Source of the DNA: Antedon mediterranea
Lineage: Eukaryota; Animalia; Echinodermata
Assembly: GCF_964355755.1 (NCBI RefSeq)
Contig: NC_092672.1
Coordinates: forward strand, 29,704,437 to 29,768,436
DNA length: 64,000 nucleotides
Reading direction: 5' to 3'
Every line of letters begins with the position of its first letter. The first letter of the stretch is position 1. The position numbers and the translations under genes were made by a program. A model generated the notes under the pieces. That model did no database searches and was not told where the DNA came from. It was given only the letters and a program-made list of their open reading frames with translations. Of the stretch, positions 62,081 through 64,000 are shown piece after piece.

Positions 62081-64000
62081 AGATGTATTGTCCCCCAAAA
62101 AATGAAAAATAAAGATGAAAAAAATCAAATTTTGAATAGACCGTTTTGTAGTTAACATAAAGTTATTCACTTCCACCGAAAAAAAATCCGAAAAAAATAT
62201 TGATTTCGCTTATAAAAAAATCAAAATAAGTTTACCATTTTTTCGAACTCATCGGCTCAGAAATTAGGCCGGTAGAGCTAACTCATACATATGCATGATA
62301 TGTTAATGAGCATCCACACAGCAGAGATCTGATCTAACAATGGACGATGCACGTTGTATGTACGTACAACAACACCACCAGAGATCGACGCGACTCGACT
62401 GTGGGTTTCCCTGGCCTGATCGTATGTAAAGCTGAGCTGTTAATTTGTCGGTAAGTAGGCCTAGACGGTTATTTTAAATATAATAATATATATAACGCAA
62501 TAATAACAGGAAGGTAAATTAATTAACTTAGCCTGGGATTTTTTCAGTTCAGGGCTAGGCCTAGGCCTAGAATAATTAATACATGCTGCTGCATATTACT
62601 AGGCTAGTAGCAAGCAGACTGTGACAATCGGGTCCCTGCAGAAGATGCCCAGCTAGGCCCTATACATTGTACTCTTCATAGACTGGCCTAGGCTATATGC
62701 CATCAATCTTAGCTACATTCCGAAAATACAGCCAGCTTGCTGTACCATATATATTTACAGTTGAAGCTTGTTTAACTAATTTTTATGATAAAAATAAAAC
62801 AAACATTTTTCAGGGAAAATGGTTGCAATACAAGCCTGAAATTGAGAACCTTCCAGCAGCACTGTACAAGTAGACAGAGGGGAAAAGCCAGCCTAGCCAT
62901 TTTACAACACAAACAAATGTTCTCTGTACTGTAGTAAGTCAAATATTTATTTTCTCTTTTTATAAGTTATAACATTATAAGTAATGTGTTTTAATTACCA
63001 TAGAAAGGTAGTATACTTATTTGACTATGTCAAAGTAAGCAATTTCACTAGCCCAATTTTTCACTAAATATGCATGATCTATTTTTTCCAGATTTTCATA
63101 CTTTGCTTTTACTTTTTTTAAAGACGTTGAGCTGATGAAGACTGGAACAGAGGTCACCCAAAGACAACAATGATAGACTCGGTATTGGAATATGATTGGA
63201 TATTGCAGGAAAAATATTTCTGACTCTCCTGCTGCATTCGGCCAAAATATTCTTGTCCAGCTTGTAAAATATTGTATAATTTTTTTTGTATTATATGTAC
63301 AGTATATTATTTTGTAAACATAACATTCAATAAAAAAAAAACTACTACAACAGTACACAGGATAAATTCTTCAAATTTACTTACACTTCATAATTTTACT
63401 GTAAATATTACAGTGCAAAAGGAGTTAATAAAATATATATATACAGTATATCTTATTGAATTCCTCAGCTGTATTGTTTTTTGTGTCAATTTGTCTACTA
63501 ATTATCAATGTGTTGATTGTGGCAGTAATTACGACAGCTATAGTCTTCTAAGATCGCTCACATCCATTACAAAGTGTCATTTTAATAGTAAGAAACGTTT
63601 CAATAAATTGTGAATGTTGCCACTGTACGACACATTTTATGTTTCTCACTACTTGCTCTTATTGTTCAATCAATCAACCTAAAAAAAAAAAGAAATTTGT
63701 GTCAAAATATCTGCATAAAATGTTTATTTGTGGAATGTTAATTTGAACCTATTGCATTTGATACAGAAAATATTTTTAAAATATTGCATCAGTAAAACAT
63801 CCAAAACAATATTTAGATTTTCTTTTTTTTTTAATTTTCACTGCCGAATAGATAGTTGAAATCTTTAAAAATTAAACCAATTCATCATGATTAAAACAAA
63901 AATACATCCCTTCTGGTGGTGGTCTACTGTATCCCTAGCTAGCAGTGTACTACCTAGGCCTACTACACTCTACTTCTAGAGACAGAAGTAGGCAGCACTT
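62081..64000. mobile_element. Probable TTAA-inserted (Kolobok-like) element, right end not seen
   Basis: Homology to copy A stops exactly at TTAA (62077-62080), followed by AGATGTATTGTCCCC. Confidence 0.55.

Overview
AT-rich, intron-containing animal (invertebrate, plausibly echinoderm-like; inference) DNA; not prokaryotic. The window is dominated by a tandem segmental duplication (copy A ~3.6-25.3 kb, copy B ~34.1-62.1 kb). Each copy carries a minus-strand NLR immune-receptor gene: tandem-DED exon, phase-1 micro-exons, then one large NACHT+LRR exon. The LRR region is built from near-identical 177-bp (59-aa) cassettes (8 in NLR-A, 13 in NLR-B) that vary mainly at predicted ligand-facing positions. 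NLR-A looks intact (~1296 aa). NLR-B carries a frameshift, a nonsense codon and a self-nested PIF/Harbinger MITE. Between the copies is a BTB(-BACK) exon with one in-frame stop. The rest is dense with transposons: a near-complete L2/CR1-group LINE, a Helitron, and MULE-, PIF-, Kolobok- and Tc1/pogo-type MITEs, many present in only one copy. Comparing the copies also reveals many TA-to-TAnnTA micro-insertions that look like transposon excision footprints. All alignments, boundaries and family calls were made by eye, without database searches.
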